A stretch of 63,932 nt of DNA, counting the filler, from Octopus bimaculoides (Eukaryota), in assembly GCF_001194135.2 (NCBI RefSeq). It is 6 parts of 5 records of this genome, joined end to end, with 100 filler letters (N's around TTAATTAATTAA, not from the genome) between each part and the next. Parts side by side here need not be neighbours in the genome. Positions count along the whole stretch, not along the records: positions 62,759 to 63,932 come from NC_068982.1; 5 more parts are not named here. One strand, written 5' to 3'. Position numbers and translations under genes: made by a program. Below are positions 63,773 to 63,932 of the stretch, piece after piece (within the stretch, counting starts at the first letter, position 1; the number at the start of each line of letters is the position of its first letter). Under the pieces are notes generated by a model. That model was given only the letters and a program-made list of their open reading frames with translations. It was not told where the DNA came from and did no database searches.

Positions 63773-63932
63773 TGTATATACACACACGCACCCAAACATA
63801 CGTATATATATGTATATCAATATAAATATATGAAAGTCAATGAAGTTTCGTAAAAGAAGGTGATCATGTACATACTTTCTTGCTGTTGTGATTATAACAC
63901 CTCATTGTAAACTATGTTCCTTGTTTTCCCTT

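Overview
AT-rich, repeat-dense animal genomic DNA with many N-gaps; the SINE, RTE and Dong repertoire suggests an octopus (inference from recognised repeat families, not a database match). The one well-supported host gene is on the + strand: at least seven phase-consistent GT-AG exons between 43086 and 56534. They encode an ankyrin-repeat protein whose repeat layout resembles the fungal Mbp1/Swi4/Swi6/Cdc10 (SBF/MBF) ankyrin block, preceded by a C-x3-C-x3-C-x3-H motif and followed by a KRIKVE motif; its first and last exons were not located. The gene lies in a visibly CpG-depleted domain (~35-60 kb). The rest is mobile DNA: a pile-up of R4/Dong and Tx1-like LINE fragments in triplet microsatellites (3.6-12.9 kb), RTE and Penelope-like remnants, several hammerhead-ribozyme-like motifs (one in a tRNA-headed SINE), a DD36E Tc1-like transposon with TIRs, mariner, maT (DD37D) and Tigger remnants, MITEs, a 91-bp mini-Helitron, many tRNA-derived SINEs, and a 61-nt 28S rRNA fragment captured inside the maT element. 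Most repeat boundaries are approximate.
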